A DNA stretch of 61,151 bases, filler included, from Basidiobolus ranarum (Eukaryota): NCBI GenBank assembly GCA_040143965.1. It is 16 parts of 16 records of this genome, joined end to end, with 100 filler letters (N's around TTAATTAATTAA, not from the genome) between each part and the next. Parts side by side here need not be neighbours in the genome. Positions count along the whole stretch, not along the records: positions 11,519 to 15,254 come from JASJQH010002309.1; positions 15,355 to 19,089 come from JASJQH010002310.1; positions 19,190 to 22,922 come from JASJQH010002311.1; positions 23,023 to 26,753 come from JASJQH010002312.1; 12 more parts are not named here. One strand, given 5' to 3'. The notes beneath the pieces were generated by a model. That model ran no database searches, was not told where the DNA came from, and was given only the letters and a program-made list of their open reading frames with translations. The position numbers and the translations under genes are program-made. Below are positions 12,004 to 23,922 of this stretch, one piece after another. The stretch's first letter is position 1; the number at the start of each line of letters is the position of its first letter.

Positions 12004-15000
12004 ATTTGCTCTATACTAACTTGACTGATCTTTCGCTGGTAAGATTCACCCTTGCATTCTTTAGCCAAATACAACGTGAAAGTCTATATAAAATATCACA
12101 AAGTTGGGCTTCATAGCATGCTTGAAGTGTATATACCGTTTTTTTCTTGATTACCTTGAAAGTAATACATGCTTTATTTCTTGATCATAGCTCCATTCAA
12201 ATTGTATATCTTCACAATAGGTAGCCATCCTGAAAGGAAATTTTTGGACTTCTATTTATGTGGCTTTCTGTAATTTAGCATTGTGTGATCTTCATGTAGT
12301 TTTTCCTTTTATAAAATTTATGTTTTCACCACTTACACAAACATTGATTCAATGCTGCTTAAATAAAGAGATATGTTCTTAATACGCAGAATATTAATCA
12401 AGCGATGATGGTTGGATTTATACCATCTAATAGCCTATAATAAATAGTTCTGCAGACTAGTGTTTAGGAATCTCCCATTATTACCAACTGCCGGTAATAA
12501 TCCTTGTAGGGATTTCGTAGCGAATTGCTTCTTGAGACACGAAAGCTATCCAGGCAAAATATCGCACATTAATGCTGCTAGAAAGTACTTCGGGACTCAA
12601 TACTTCAGCACCAGCGGAGAAATTCCTTCGATATGTATTTTAGAGTCAAAATTTGGCAATTTTCTTCGAATAGGATTCCTCCTAACACTAATAACGTCAA
12701 CGTTAGAAGTTACTTACAGCCCTATGTTGAGTAACCTCTGTACAATAACGATGTTACCATTTAAATTACATCATTTGTAAATTCAAATCAAGCTCAACCC
12801 AGGTGGTTTTCTCTCTACCAAGCATTTCCTCTCTGTAGCATGTTGCGGCCAGTTTACATGTAGAGTTCTCTCCGATTCCAATTTATGTTTCTTACCATGT
12901 AATGTGACGTTGCGTATTGGAAGGTTTTCCTTCCCAGTACACTTTAAGATAGCCAGCAGATCAAATACGAAAAGTATAGAATATATCCCGTGACATTTTT
13001 AGATGGTGGCAACGTTACTGGTTCACTATCTACACTTGCTAATAGTATTGTAGTGCAATCAATTCTTTATCGGAACACTCTAAACCATGGTATCGCTACT
13101 CGTTTGATTTACAAACTCAATTGATTCTTGATTAGTTCGGATTTTGGTCATCAATTTAACATGGCTTTATGTTGTAGCCTGTTTAGTATTCAATGATAAG
13201 AACATAGGTTCGATGTTTCGTATCTTACAAGCTTCTTCCTAAACAGTTGTCTGAACCCTTTTTAACTCTTTAAAGTGCTCTTGAACCCCCTTATTCCACA
13301 TAAAAATCACCGTAATCCGTCGACATGGACCAAATGCAGTGCCACAAAAGACGAGGGGGGCTGTGAAGGTATTTGCCGATACTATTCTAGAAATGATTGA
13401 ATGATCACCCATGTATAGCTAAAACAAGTGGTTCATCAATTTATATAGAACACAATCTAGTCCAACAGCCCTCATATATATTCTTCAGCTTGCACCACTC
13501 TTAGCCTAGTAGTATTGAAACGGTTGCAAGCTTACGACATATGACAGGTCTATTTTGGTCCACCAATTCTACGTGTATAACCTATATCGTTCATCCTGAC
13601 CCCTGACTGGTGTAATGATGCATTGAGAAGTGAAGAATTTCTCCCGAAGCCTGGGACAAATAGAGCGCGGCACCATTGTTGATCTCTCAACTCTGACTGA
13701 TGGCGAAAGCACATTCTTAAATTGGTACAGTCTGAGCAGTTAAGGTTGATACTTTTTTCGTCAGCATTATTATTAGTCACAATCCCTGATACGTGATGTA
13801 TAGGCGTATGTATCCGGACGATAACAATTCGGGAAATTGTTCGGATCTATCTAAGCTGCAGTAAAACTCTGAAAATGGTGAGAAGGTGAGATCTTCTATC
13901 ATGTTGTGAGCTGCAGATATTGGTCAGGGGCTTCTTCAAAAGAATCCGAATTTTAGTCATGATCACACCGTTGCATATATATATATATATTCTTCACCGT
14001 TCTAAATACGCCCTAGAAGCGGATAAAGATACACCAGGGACAAATCCATACGCTTCAAAATATCTGGAGAAAATATAGTAACAATACGTTGGATATTGCT
14101 TTCATGCATCCTGTCCATAGAGAATTGAACCTCCCACACAAGCATATCCAATCATTTCCCACGTTCGGTTGTAATAGGTTGAACCTGTGCTTGTGGCCAA
14201 ATTCGGTGTCCATTTCCAGAATTGAGGATTCTACGTTTTAGGAAGATGAGAATTTAGTTGCCTAATACGACAGAGGCTAATGAGATGCATCCTTCATTAA
14301 ATGAGCTTGTGGTGCGATTTAGAGCGCGACTATCGTTGTGCTTGATGATTAAGAGTTGCCTTTGATCTCCAATCAGTATGGGTTTTAAAGCGGAGACTGT
14401 GTTGACCCAACAAGTTCACACTTATTTGTACAGCTTATATCTTGATTATTGGTCGTTCAGGGCCATAATTCATTGCTCCCCTATAGTGGCGTAGATGGTT
14501 TGGGTTAAGGTATTCTGGTGTTACCCTGTCGGGCATAATCTCTTTCGGGAGTGAATGACTTATTGGGTTTATTCCGTGATTTTAATAATAGATACTATTT
14601 CACAAATGCTCTCATGGCCATATCTAATTCAATAACGAGTTACCTCTCATTCGTATAAAAAATTGACCATCTTTGGGCGAATATACAGGATTTAGGGCTT
14701 ATTAGAATCGAGCATAGACGGAGCGGAAGTTACGATCATTTCCAATCCTCAGGCTCAGATGTGTTTGGCTTAAGCATAGTACGTCGTGTTGGGATTTTGA
14801 TTCCTTGTTTCATAAAGCATTTTGTGAGTTCTGTTGGCTCGCAGCCGCCTGGAAAGTCTTTCGCTGAATACGAAGTAAATGGTCTAGAGAAAATCCGTGC
14901 TAGTACCATAGAAGACCCGCTAAATTGGTTTTGAGAAAGGTCGATGAAAGAGAAGCGTAATGTAAATTGACCCTCAGTTCGAACCGAAAGGTCGGGGAAA

Positions 15001-15354
15001 ATGAAATAGATACCAGGCCCTCCTCTCGTGTCTAGCAGATTATAGGCTGACGATATAAGGGAGCCTAGTAAATTACGCGCATAGATTGGTGCATTAAGGG
15101 ATAGTACTGTGGTGCGCGGTAATGTGGTGGCAGATGGGACAGAAGAGGGATGAACAACTAAGGATCTGTTCTCTACGCAGTCTTCACACCATAAGGCGAC
15201 AAGAACGGAGAAGAACGAAAACTCACCTAAATTTTCTACTGCTTTGCCTCTGTCNNNNNNNNNNNNNNNNNNNNNNNNNNNNNNNNNNNNNNNNNNNNTT
15301 AATTAATTAANNNNNNNNNNNNNNNNNNNNNNNNNNNNNNNNNNNNNNNNNNNN

Positions 15355-15720
15355 CAAACTTGTGGTGGGTATGAGCCAAACATTGGGTAGGAAGAACTCT
15401 ATAAAAATATTAAGGAGAATATATCAAAGAGATCACAGATTTCAAAGGTGACAAATCAGTGTTCAAGTGGTAATTGTATAAAATTTGAGTTACGCTTTTT
15501 GCACATGTGTTGATCCATAGTTCTCTGAGATTTTAGCCAATCATGTGCAACTATTTTGCAAGATCTTGAAGTTTCACTCCTGAAACTGAAAAAATTGATT
15601 AAATCAAATCTAACTTGCCAATTTTATGATGGTAAGTAAACAGTCAATCCCAAATGGATTAAAATTGTGACAGCTTTCCTACAATAACAATCCTCAAATT
15701 TCTGTTAGGGTATACTACTA
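15355..15720 (+). repeat. Unclassified repeat family X
   Basis: Direct match to 17470-17815 and reverse match to 18240-18570 and 33235-33580. Confidence 0.8.
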
Positions 15721-15729
15721 CCAGTTCTG

Positions 15730-16080
15730 TAATAAGCAAGATCAACTTCTAGCAGCATGTCTTCAAAGTTGTCTGGACTCACTGGTTCAAACAAAGTTGC
15801 ATTTCTACATAAAACATTCTGGTTGTAAAACTGTGGTGCCTCCATTGTATTTGACTTTCAGCAGTGTAACTCAAACTTTGAGGCAAAGCATAGCCAGTAG
15901 ACTCAGTGAGAAAAGCTGAAGTCAATTTTGTGTACTTATTACTGTTGATATTCACCAGGCTTTGTGCAGCTGGTAGCTTTGTACAGTGACTGTGCTTGTG
16001 ATTATTTTTCTATGAAGCCTCTGGCTTTCATAGTACAAGTGTTTGTGACAGTAATTTGATAAGCTTAACCCCATTAGACT
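15730..16080 (-). mobile_element. CACTA transposase N-terminal region (decayed)
   Basis: Matches 46660-46980, which lies directly upstream of recognisable Tnp2 sequence. Cys/His-rich start. Confidence 0.55.
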
Positions 16081-16149
16081 GACACTGGCAGTCTCAGCCC
16101 TTGCTAGCCTTAATTTACATTGAATGGATGTACGCACACCAATTCTGAG

Positions 16150-16870
16150 TGGAAATGTAACAGAAAAGATATACATGAAGTAACCAATGCATTTGTTGAC
16201 CCAAAACACCCTGATATGTTCTGTAAAATGCAAAATTTGCTATATGAGCTCAAGCAAGTACCCAGGGTATGGGTCAATAAGATAGAAACCTATTGGGAAT
16301 CACTGAACTCTTAAAAATGCACAACAGCTAACAGTATTTACATCAGAACCACTGGAAATAGGATCCTTATCTTGGCACTCAATGTAGATATCTTGATCAT
16401 AGCCACTGATGATCTATAAGCGCTTAGTCAGACTAAAAGCTGCATAGTAAACCAAAATTGGATGACTGATATGGGTGAATTAAGTTGTTTCTTTGGAATC
16501 AAAATAAGAGAGAGAATCCCAATCAGAAAATCAAGCTGAAGCAGTCCAGATACATTGTAAATATCACAAAATGATTCAACGTAGAGAATAGCAAGCCAGT
16601 ATTAAAACTAATGGACTCCCATGTGAAATTAGTCAAAATATCATCTGTATTTGCCCAAAATGGCTCAAATCCAAGCAAGGAGATCCCCTATCAGGCCATA
16701 GTGGGTAGCTTGATACATATATTGGTTGGAATATGTCCAGACACTGCCATAGCAGTGGGATCTGTCAGCTAATAAATAAAAAGTTCCAGGATCTGAGCAT
16801 TACACTGCAGTATTTCAGAGGAACTGAAGATCTATTTGTGGAATTCTCTGTCACTCCAGATGCACTAAAG
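16150..16870 (+). mobile_element. Decayed Copia RT fragment
   Basis: FVDPKHPDMFCKMQNLLYELKQVPRVW, then MTDMGELSCFFGIKI and PYQAIVGSLI. Confidence 0.88.
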
Positions 16871-16929
16871 TTTTGTCCAAAACGCTTCCAAATCCCCTAT
16901 ACACTTTTATCACTAAACAAATTCTTTAT

Positions 16930-18220
16930 ACTATCACAAATATTTTTATTGCTGGACTTAGATATACCAGCAAAAAGGCTTGATTTTACCATGCAAGCAA
17001 GTAAACCAGTTGGAAGTATTCAAAAGTCAGAGGTTTATCAAACACCTGGGACCTCTCAACAAGCTAGAACACTTGCAAATAAATCTAATGGCTATCCTGC
17101 CTCAACTGGTTCTTTTCAAAGAGTTCAAATTAGCCTGGAACTTGAATGCAAACACAGAGCCACCCAAATATCACAAAGCATGATGAGTAGTGTCATACTA
17201 CCAGGATGTACAAAAATAGCAAAAGTGCTTGAATTGTATTTTCAAAATTATGAAGGGAAAAACAGAGTGCAAATACACAGACAGTGGCTCTAGAAGAAGA
17301 ACATTCTACTTGATGTTCAGTCTGGTGTTGGCCATGCATATATCTGGGAGGACTGTAATAAAGGTGGTACAATAATACAGGGTATCTTCCAGATAGATGA
17401 AAGAATGTTGCTTCCACAATGTTAATACAATGGGTGGCTTTGATGGTAATACTAATACACACTCATGTTGGACATGTTTTAAACCTTGAGTAAAAAGAAC
17501 ACTATAAAAGTACAAAGGAGATTGCATAAAAGAAACTAGGGATCTTGAAGGTGACAAATAAGTATCCAAGTGGTAAATGTCTGAAATTTGAGTTAGGTTT
17601 TTGGCACATGTTTGATCTATAGTTTTTGGTGATTGTGGCCAATGGTGTGCAACTGTTCTGCACATTCTTGCCATTTCACTCCTGAAACTGGATTAAATTT
17701 GTAAAATCTACCTTGACAATTTTATGATGGTAAGTAAATGGTCAATTTGAAATGGATTAAATTGGGATGATTTTCTTGCAATAACAATTCTTAAATTACT
17801 GTTAGGGATTAATTATCACAATTAGTTGAATTATGTGTAATGACATGGAAACTTTATAATACACCACATTAACAAAGTTAAACATAGTCTGAAAGCAATC
17901 AAGTTATTTCACATACATGTCAAGATGGCTTGATGCAGAATGCATTATGCTTGATCACACTGTAGTTGGCTTTGACATTATACCAACTAATATAAAAAGA
18001 TCCCAAACTCTGATTGAAGCTAATAAAGTCTAAAATCATTTATATTTATGAGAGGTATGCACAATGTTAATTCAGATCTTTAACAATTCACATCCTACTT
18101 TGGAACAAGAGACTACCACTTTCAAAAATTTGCACACATAGTGAAATGAAGTTGCGGGTGTGCAAAGCAGTATGTGTCTGATGATGCTGTAGATGACCAT
18201 GTGTCCACTAAGAATTCTTG
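16930..18220 (+). repeat. Unclassified repeat family X with decayed ORF
   Basis: ORF 16733-17293 tail (EVYQTPGTSQQ...STGSFQRV...YEGKNRVQIHRQWL) is homologous to ORF 33588-34160 and ORFs 18754-19051. Confidence 0.8.
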
Positions 18221-18234
18221 CTTGGCTATATGTG

Positions 18235-19089
18235 AAATTTAAGAATTGTTATTGTAGGAAAACCATCTCAATTTTAATCCATTTGGGATTGACTGTTTAC
18301 CTACCATGTTTAAATCCTCAAGTTAGATTTGATTTTAATAAATTTTTTCAGTTTCAGGAGTGAAATTTCAAGATCATGCAAAATAGTTGCACATGTTTGG
18401 CTACAATCTCAGAGAACTATGGATCAACACATGTGCAAGAAGCATAACTCAAATTTTGAACATTTACCACTTCAACACTAATTTGTCACCTTCAAAATCC
18501 CTAATTTCTTTGATATATTCCCCTGAATATTTTTATAAAGTTCTTCATACCCAAGGTCTAGCTTATACCCAACATGATTCTGTTTCAATATCTCCATCAA
18601 AGCCCACTATTGTATTAACATTGATGAATCAACATTCTTCCAGCTATCTGGCACATACTGTACAATATATGCCCACTCTGTATTAAGCTCTTACCTGATA
18701 TCTGCGTGGTCACAACCAGACTCAATGTCAATTTGAATGTTCTTCTTCAGAAGCTACTTTTTGCATATTTGCACTGCATTTTTCCCTTCATACTTTTGAA
18801 AATACTCCTCAAGCACTTCTACTATTTTTATACATCCTTGCAGTGTGACACTATTGCAGCTGCTTTGCAGTGTTTGTGCAGCTTTTTTGCTTGCATTTAA
18901 CTTTGATGCTAATTTCAACACTTTGAAAAGTACCAGTTGAGGTTGGAGAGCCACGAGTTCTATTTGCTGGTGTTTTGACTTGTTGAGAGGTGTCAGGTGT
19001 TGGATAAACTTCCAAATTTAGCACTCTTCCAACTGATATACCTGGTTCCATGGTGAAATTAAGCTTTTTTGCCAGTATATCTGACTCTG
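18235..19089 (-). repeat. Unclassified repeat family X (inverted copy)
   Basis: Reverse complement of about 16950-17800; reads LEVYPTPDTSQQ...STGTFQSV. Confidence 0.8.
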
Positions 19090-19189
19090 NNNNNNNNNNN
19101 NNNNNNNNNNNNNNNNNNNNNNNNNNNNNNNNNTTAATTAATTAANNNNNNNNNNNNNNNNNNNNNNNNNNNNNNNNNNNNNNNNNNNN

Positions 19190-19380
19190 TGGTGTAGCGT
19201 CTTGCTTTCCTTTAATTTTGGGGCTAATTTCAACACTTCAAAAAGCACCCATTGGGGTTGGAGAGCCATGAGTCTTATTTACTGATGTTTTTGTTTGTTG
19301 AGAGGTGTCAGGTGTGGAATAAACTTCTAAATTTTGCATTCATTCAATTGGTGTACCTGGTTGCATAGTGAAACTAAGCC
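19190..19380 (-). repeat. Unclassified repeat family X fragment
   Basis: Matches 18880-19065 on the same strand. Confidence 0.75.
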
Positions 19381-21520
19381 TAGAGTTCAATCCAATCTAA
19401 GCTACCAGGTGTTTATTGGCTTCCTTGCACTTTTACCTCAGCTGTTTTGCAACCATTGCTTAGTACAGACCTGGTACAAATGGAAAACACTTGTCAATTG
19501 TATGACTTATAGTCCAGTAGTAATTAATCTACATTTGTGTTCAAATAATTGTCTTGCTTTCACCAGTGATCTGAAAAACCTGAAGTCATATACTGTTTGC
19601 ACTCAATTGGTAATCACTGAATCAGGTAAATACTGGTCATATTAAGCTTACATACCAACAATTTTGTGTCTTGAAGTTTTGATGAAATAACCCAAGTATA
19701 GATCATTGATCCAATACCAAAGTACTCAAAATAAAGCCAATCATATTACCAATATACTTGCTGGATATCACTATCAGAATCTGAAAAGTCAAGGTTTCTT
19801 TGAGAACTCATATGATCATACATTTGCATATGTTGCAAAGGCTAGCTGGCCCATAATATTAATTAAATTAAATGTTCCTACTTCTGAACAGTATAAGAGT
19901 CATGATATTTTGATACTATCCATCATATCTGGACCTAAATCACCAATGCTATATATATAGCCTCTTAGAGCCTTTGATTGCAAAATTTGAATGATTATCT
20001 CATGGGGTTCACCTGGTTGAATATTTTTTAAAGCTTATGTGGCAAAAGGAGATCTGCAGGGGCCAGAGCTTCCCAATATGAACTGTGCACTTACTATTTA
20101 ACAATATTCAATACTACTTACTCAGCTATATATTGGAAAACTAAATATAAATGAGTCATTCAAGATAGGATCAAAGTTTGAATCAATTGGAAAAATGCTT
20201 GAAAAGTCAAGATATTATCATATTTTTCCAGGACTCCCATGATAATCCACTCATCTAGATGTTTATTCAAGTGCAAAGACTAGAAATATTGGATTTGTAC
20301 ATAATCAAGTGGAATCTTGAAAAGATTTCTGCCTGATAAGTGTTGGCATCATTGGGAGTTGTTTTTGAATATTGTTAATATATTCTTATAGCATCAACTC
20401 ACATTGGCAGATTTCAGGCAGATGCAGTGACTGTGCAAAGATTTTGAAATTGGATATGAAAAACTTTACTACAGCTTTGAAGATGATGAACTGAATCTAT
20501 GCGGGCATTCAATACATTCCTAGCTGCATCTTTCATAATATTAGATATTATAGGCCCTTGCTATACATTCTGGGAGTTCCCAACTGAGAACACATGTGGT
20601 GAAATGATGCTTGTGTGAAATTGTCAGTATCACTATATGCTAGTCTGATTAACATTGTATCAGAAAAATCAGTGATGGATGTAATGCAATGGGTTGAGAA
20701 TACTGCAGTTTATATTAACCTTCCAACAAAGGGTACTTCTAAATGTCCTCATTGGTCATTGCATCGTTTGAGCACAATCAGAGCAACAAGACCCAATCCT
20801 AGACACAGATCAAGTACCTCTTTAATTTGGACTAATTTGTTTATGTGATAATCTGACAATATTTCTAGGTAGCTGTTAGACAGACTTCTTGGTGAGATAG
20901 ATCAAGATATGCGGTATTATTGTTTTGGTCATGGGTTAATCTGTTCAAGTAATCACACATCCATTTGTGGCTGGACATTTGCTAACTGCCAGGTGGGGAA
21001 ATTTTAACTGAATTCTTGATAGAAATTTGCCAAAATTCCAGAGCTTATTCTGAGTGTGAACAGTCACCAGAGTCAACTATTTGCCAAGTGTCATTGCTAT
21101 ACAAAATTCAGTTGTTTAGCAATTTTCCCATCATCAGCTTGCTGGTAAAGCAAATTGTTGTTGAGTTATGTCTGATCAGTCAAGTATGTGCATATGTAGA
21201 GACTAAACATAACAGGTTTCTTGTATCTTTGCCTCAGTCTGCTCAGGGAAAACAGGAAGCTTATATAGATACAGCAAGGTTAAAGATGATATACTCAATA
21301 GGGAAAATACTGCAAAAAGTTCCAGTGGTGGGGTTTTGGGAGGAATAAGGACCAATACAGAGGGGGATGATGCAAGGATGATCAGGGGATCTTCCAAGGA
21401 AGGTTTTGGTGGATATACAATTTGTGGGATGATATGATTGTTTAGGTTTCATGGAATATTCCAAAGAGCATGACTTCCATGTAGGGTACCTGGATGACCT
21501 AGCACAAGGTTACTAAGAAA
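19380..21520 (+). mobile_element. Decayed CACTA/EnSpm (Tnp2) transposase, with internal deletions
   Basis: HLCSNNCLAFTSD, GYHYQNLKSQGFF, KASWPIILIKLNVP...ILILSIISGPK, WEFPTE and YASLIN. Confidence 0.82.
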
Positions 21521-21599
21521 GAATGGCAAAGTAGATATGGTGTCATAATTGATAAATGGAACAATTCAATTTACAATGTATGTGTATGCCAAGAGTAGG

Positions 21600-21960
21600 A
21601 TCAATACAGCATATGTCAAACCATAAGTTGCTTAATTCCATGAGCTTTGCAAAAGTGTTTAAATTGTGATGAAGTATATTTTCCACCATCCTTGTTGTGT
21701 ACTTTCTAATTGCTAGTTCAAATATCTGTCTCTATATAAGTTTTAAAGTCAGTAAACATAGCCAGAGCTTCTTTCATTTCAATTCACATATCCAACATAT
21801 TTTATGCCTCACAAAAGTAATATCAATTTGATCCCTAACAGATCCACCCTTTTGGATTGGAACACCATCAGAGAGCCATTGCAATATCCGTGGCTTGTAT
21901 TCTGCCAGGAATTTTGATGGTGTCACAGCAGTTTCTTGCCAATAATATGATGGTATTCAT
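21600..21960 (-). mobile_element. Copia integrase fragment
   Basis: Minus-strand translation gives EALAMFTDFKTYIE...DGGKYTSSQFKHFCKAHGIKQ. Confidence 0.7.
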
Positions 21961-22019
21961 ACATGTTAAAGTTTTGATCCTCATATTTGCCATGCATTAT
22001 TTTATTTTCTATAATTGAA

Positions 22020-22922
22020 GTGAAAATCTAAATTTCAAATGGCAAATTACTGGGTTTACTACTGTAAGAATTTGAATCAATATACATGCCTATATTTAGA
22101 TATTTTAGGCTTTGTATTCCAGCAATAATGAAATTCAAATAATACAAGAATCTTGTTGTGTTTAGTCTCTACATATGCACATACTTGGATGATCCAACAT
22201 AACTAAACAACATCAATATACTGTACCAGCAAACTAATGGTGGAAAAATTGCTGAATATCTGAAATTTTGAATAGCACAGACACTTGGCAAAATGCCAAC
22301 TCTTGTTACCATTCACAGTGAGATTAAGCAGTTGGATTTTGGCAATTTTCCATAAAAAGTTCAGCCAATATATCACTGACTTGCAGTCAACAAATGTCTC
22401 ACCACAAGTAGATGTGTCATTGCTTGAATAGATTATGCCATGGCCAAAACAATTATATTGAATATCTTTATCTATCTCAGCAAGAAGTCTGTCTTGCAGC
22501 TTACCTAGAAATACTGCCAGATTATCACACAAACAAATTAGTCCAAGTTATAGAGGTACTTACTCTCTGTCCAGGATTGGGTTTGGTTGCTGTTATTGTG
22601 CACAAACAATGCAATAACAAATAAGCACATTTAAAAGTGCCCTTTGTTGGAAGGCTAATCTATTCTGGAGTCTCCTTAACCCATTACATTACATCTATCA
22701 CTGATTTTTCTGATAAAATGTTAATCAGATTAGCATATGGTGATACTGACAATTTCACACAGAGTACCATTTCACTGCAGGTGCACACCATTGGGAACTC
22801 CCAGAATTTATAGCAAGGGCCTAAAATCTCTAAGCATGGTGGAAGATGCAGCAGGGAATGTATTGAATACCGGCATAGATTCAGGCTATCTTCTTTAAAC
22901 CTGTAATAAAGTTTTTCATATC
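22020..22922 (-). mobile_element. Decayed CACTA transposase C-terminal half (inverted copy)
   Basis: Reverse complement of 20450-21225 and of 715-1550. Confidence 0.8.
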
Positions 22923-23022
22923 NNNNNNNNNNNNNNNNNNNNNNNNNNNNNNNNNNNNNNNNNNNNTTAATTAATTAANNNNNNNNNNNNNNNNNNNNNN
23001 NNNNNNNNNNNNNNNNNNNNNN

Positions 23023-23479
23023 ATAGCTCTCTTCTGCGTTGTCTGTTAATAGTAATTTGTTGTCTTTTGTAACCCATCCGGCTCCATCTCTTTTCCTTTT
23101 CGGTCTCTAAGATAGCTTTGCGTTCAGTTGGACAAGGAGCGATCAACGAGATATACAAGGAGGAGCAGTCGAACTTCTTGGCCAAACGATTACGAGTCCA
23201 ATGAGAGGGGTTTTTGTTACGAAGTTCTTGGATTTGGAGCCTGTCCTCTTCGGTAAGATGATATTTTTTTGGCTGAACTGGCTTCAGAGTAGGAGGAAGA
23301 TCTTCGGCCTTAGGAATAATAGGCTGTTTAGGAATACGACTGATAAAAATACTCCCATCGTCAAGCTTTGATTCCCAATAGATTGGTGCAGTGGAGACTG
23401 AGGAAGCAAACCTACGAGTGAAATTTAAACTCGAAGGAACACGCTTCAACTGGAAAGCGATACTAGTTATAATACTCAT
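23023..23479 (-). CDS. MRPL20: Mitochondrial large ribosomal subunit protein mL58 (MRP-L20 family); last codons cut off by the contig end
   Basis: Basic presequence, then LPP.L...KKYHLTEED..QIQELR..NP..WTR.RLAKKF.CS.LYIS, the family signature. Confidence 0.88.
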
Positions 23480-23922
23480 TTTATATTTACCGAAGTATTA
23501 AAAAGTAACCTCCAAAGTAAACCTCACAGAAATGTCAGGCTCGCTGAAAATCTTCAAGAATAAAAATCAGACGCGCTCACCAAAAATTTTCGGTATGGAA
23601 ATTTTCACTACACCTATCATAAATCCTAATAATGAATGATTAATAAAATATCCTAGAATTCGATGTTAGCATAAAAAATATTACAAAACTGTAACTTAAT
23701 TTGTTTAAGATCAAGATCAAATAGTTGTTATGAGTGGCTTCAACTTGGGAAATTTTAGTCTCAAATTCGATTACGCAATCAAATTAGTGAATTGCTGTTG
23801 ATCCCTGGAAAGGCCTACGCATAATATCATTACGTTGGCAGGGGGGATATACTTTGCAAAGTGATTTTTGAATATAGTCAATAGTTTAAGTACCCAAGCA
23901 CAAGAGTAACTAATCCGCAATC

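Noticed and set aside
13975-13991. (AT)n run
   Set aside because: Ordinary short microsatellite.
14965-15000. ACC-GAAA-GGT tetraloop hairpin and GTTCGAA as a possible ncRNA
   Set aside because: Too short, with no cloverleaf or other supporting structure.
22780-22900. hAT dimerisation-like 'AWWKMQQGMY' on the plus strand
   Set aside because: It is the antisense reading of the CACTA transposase (WEFP motif on the minus strand).
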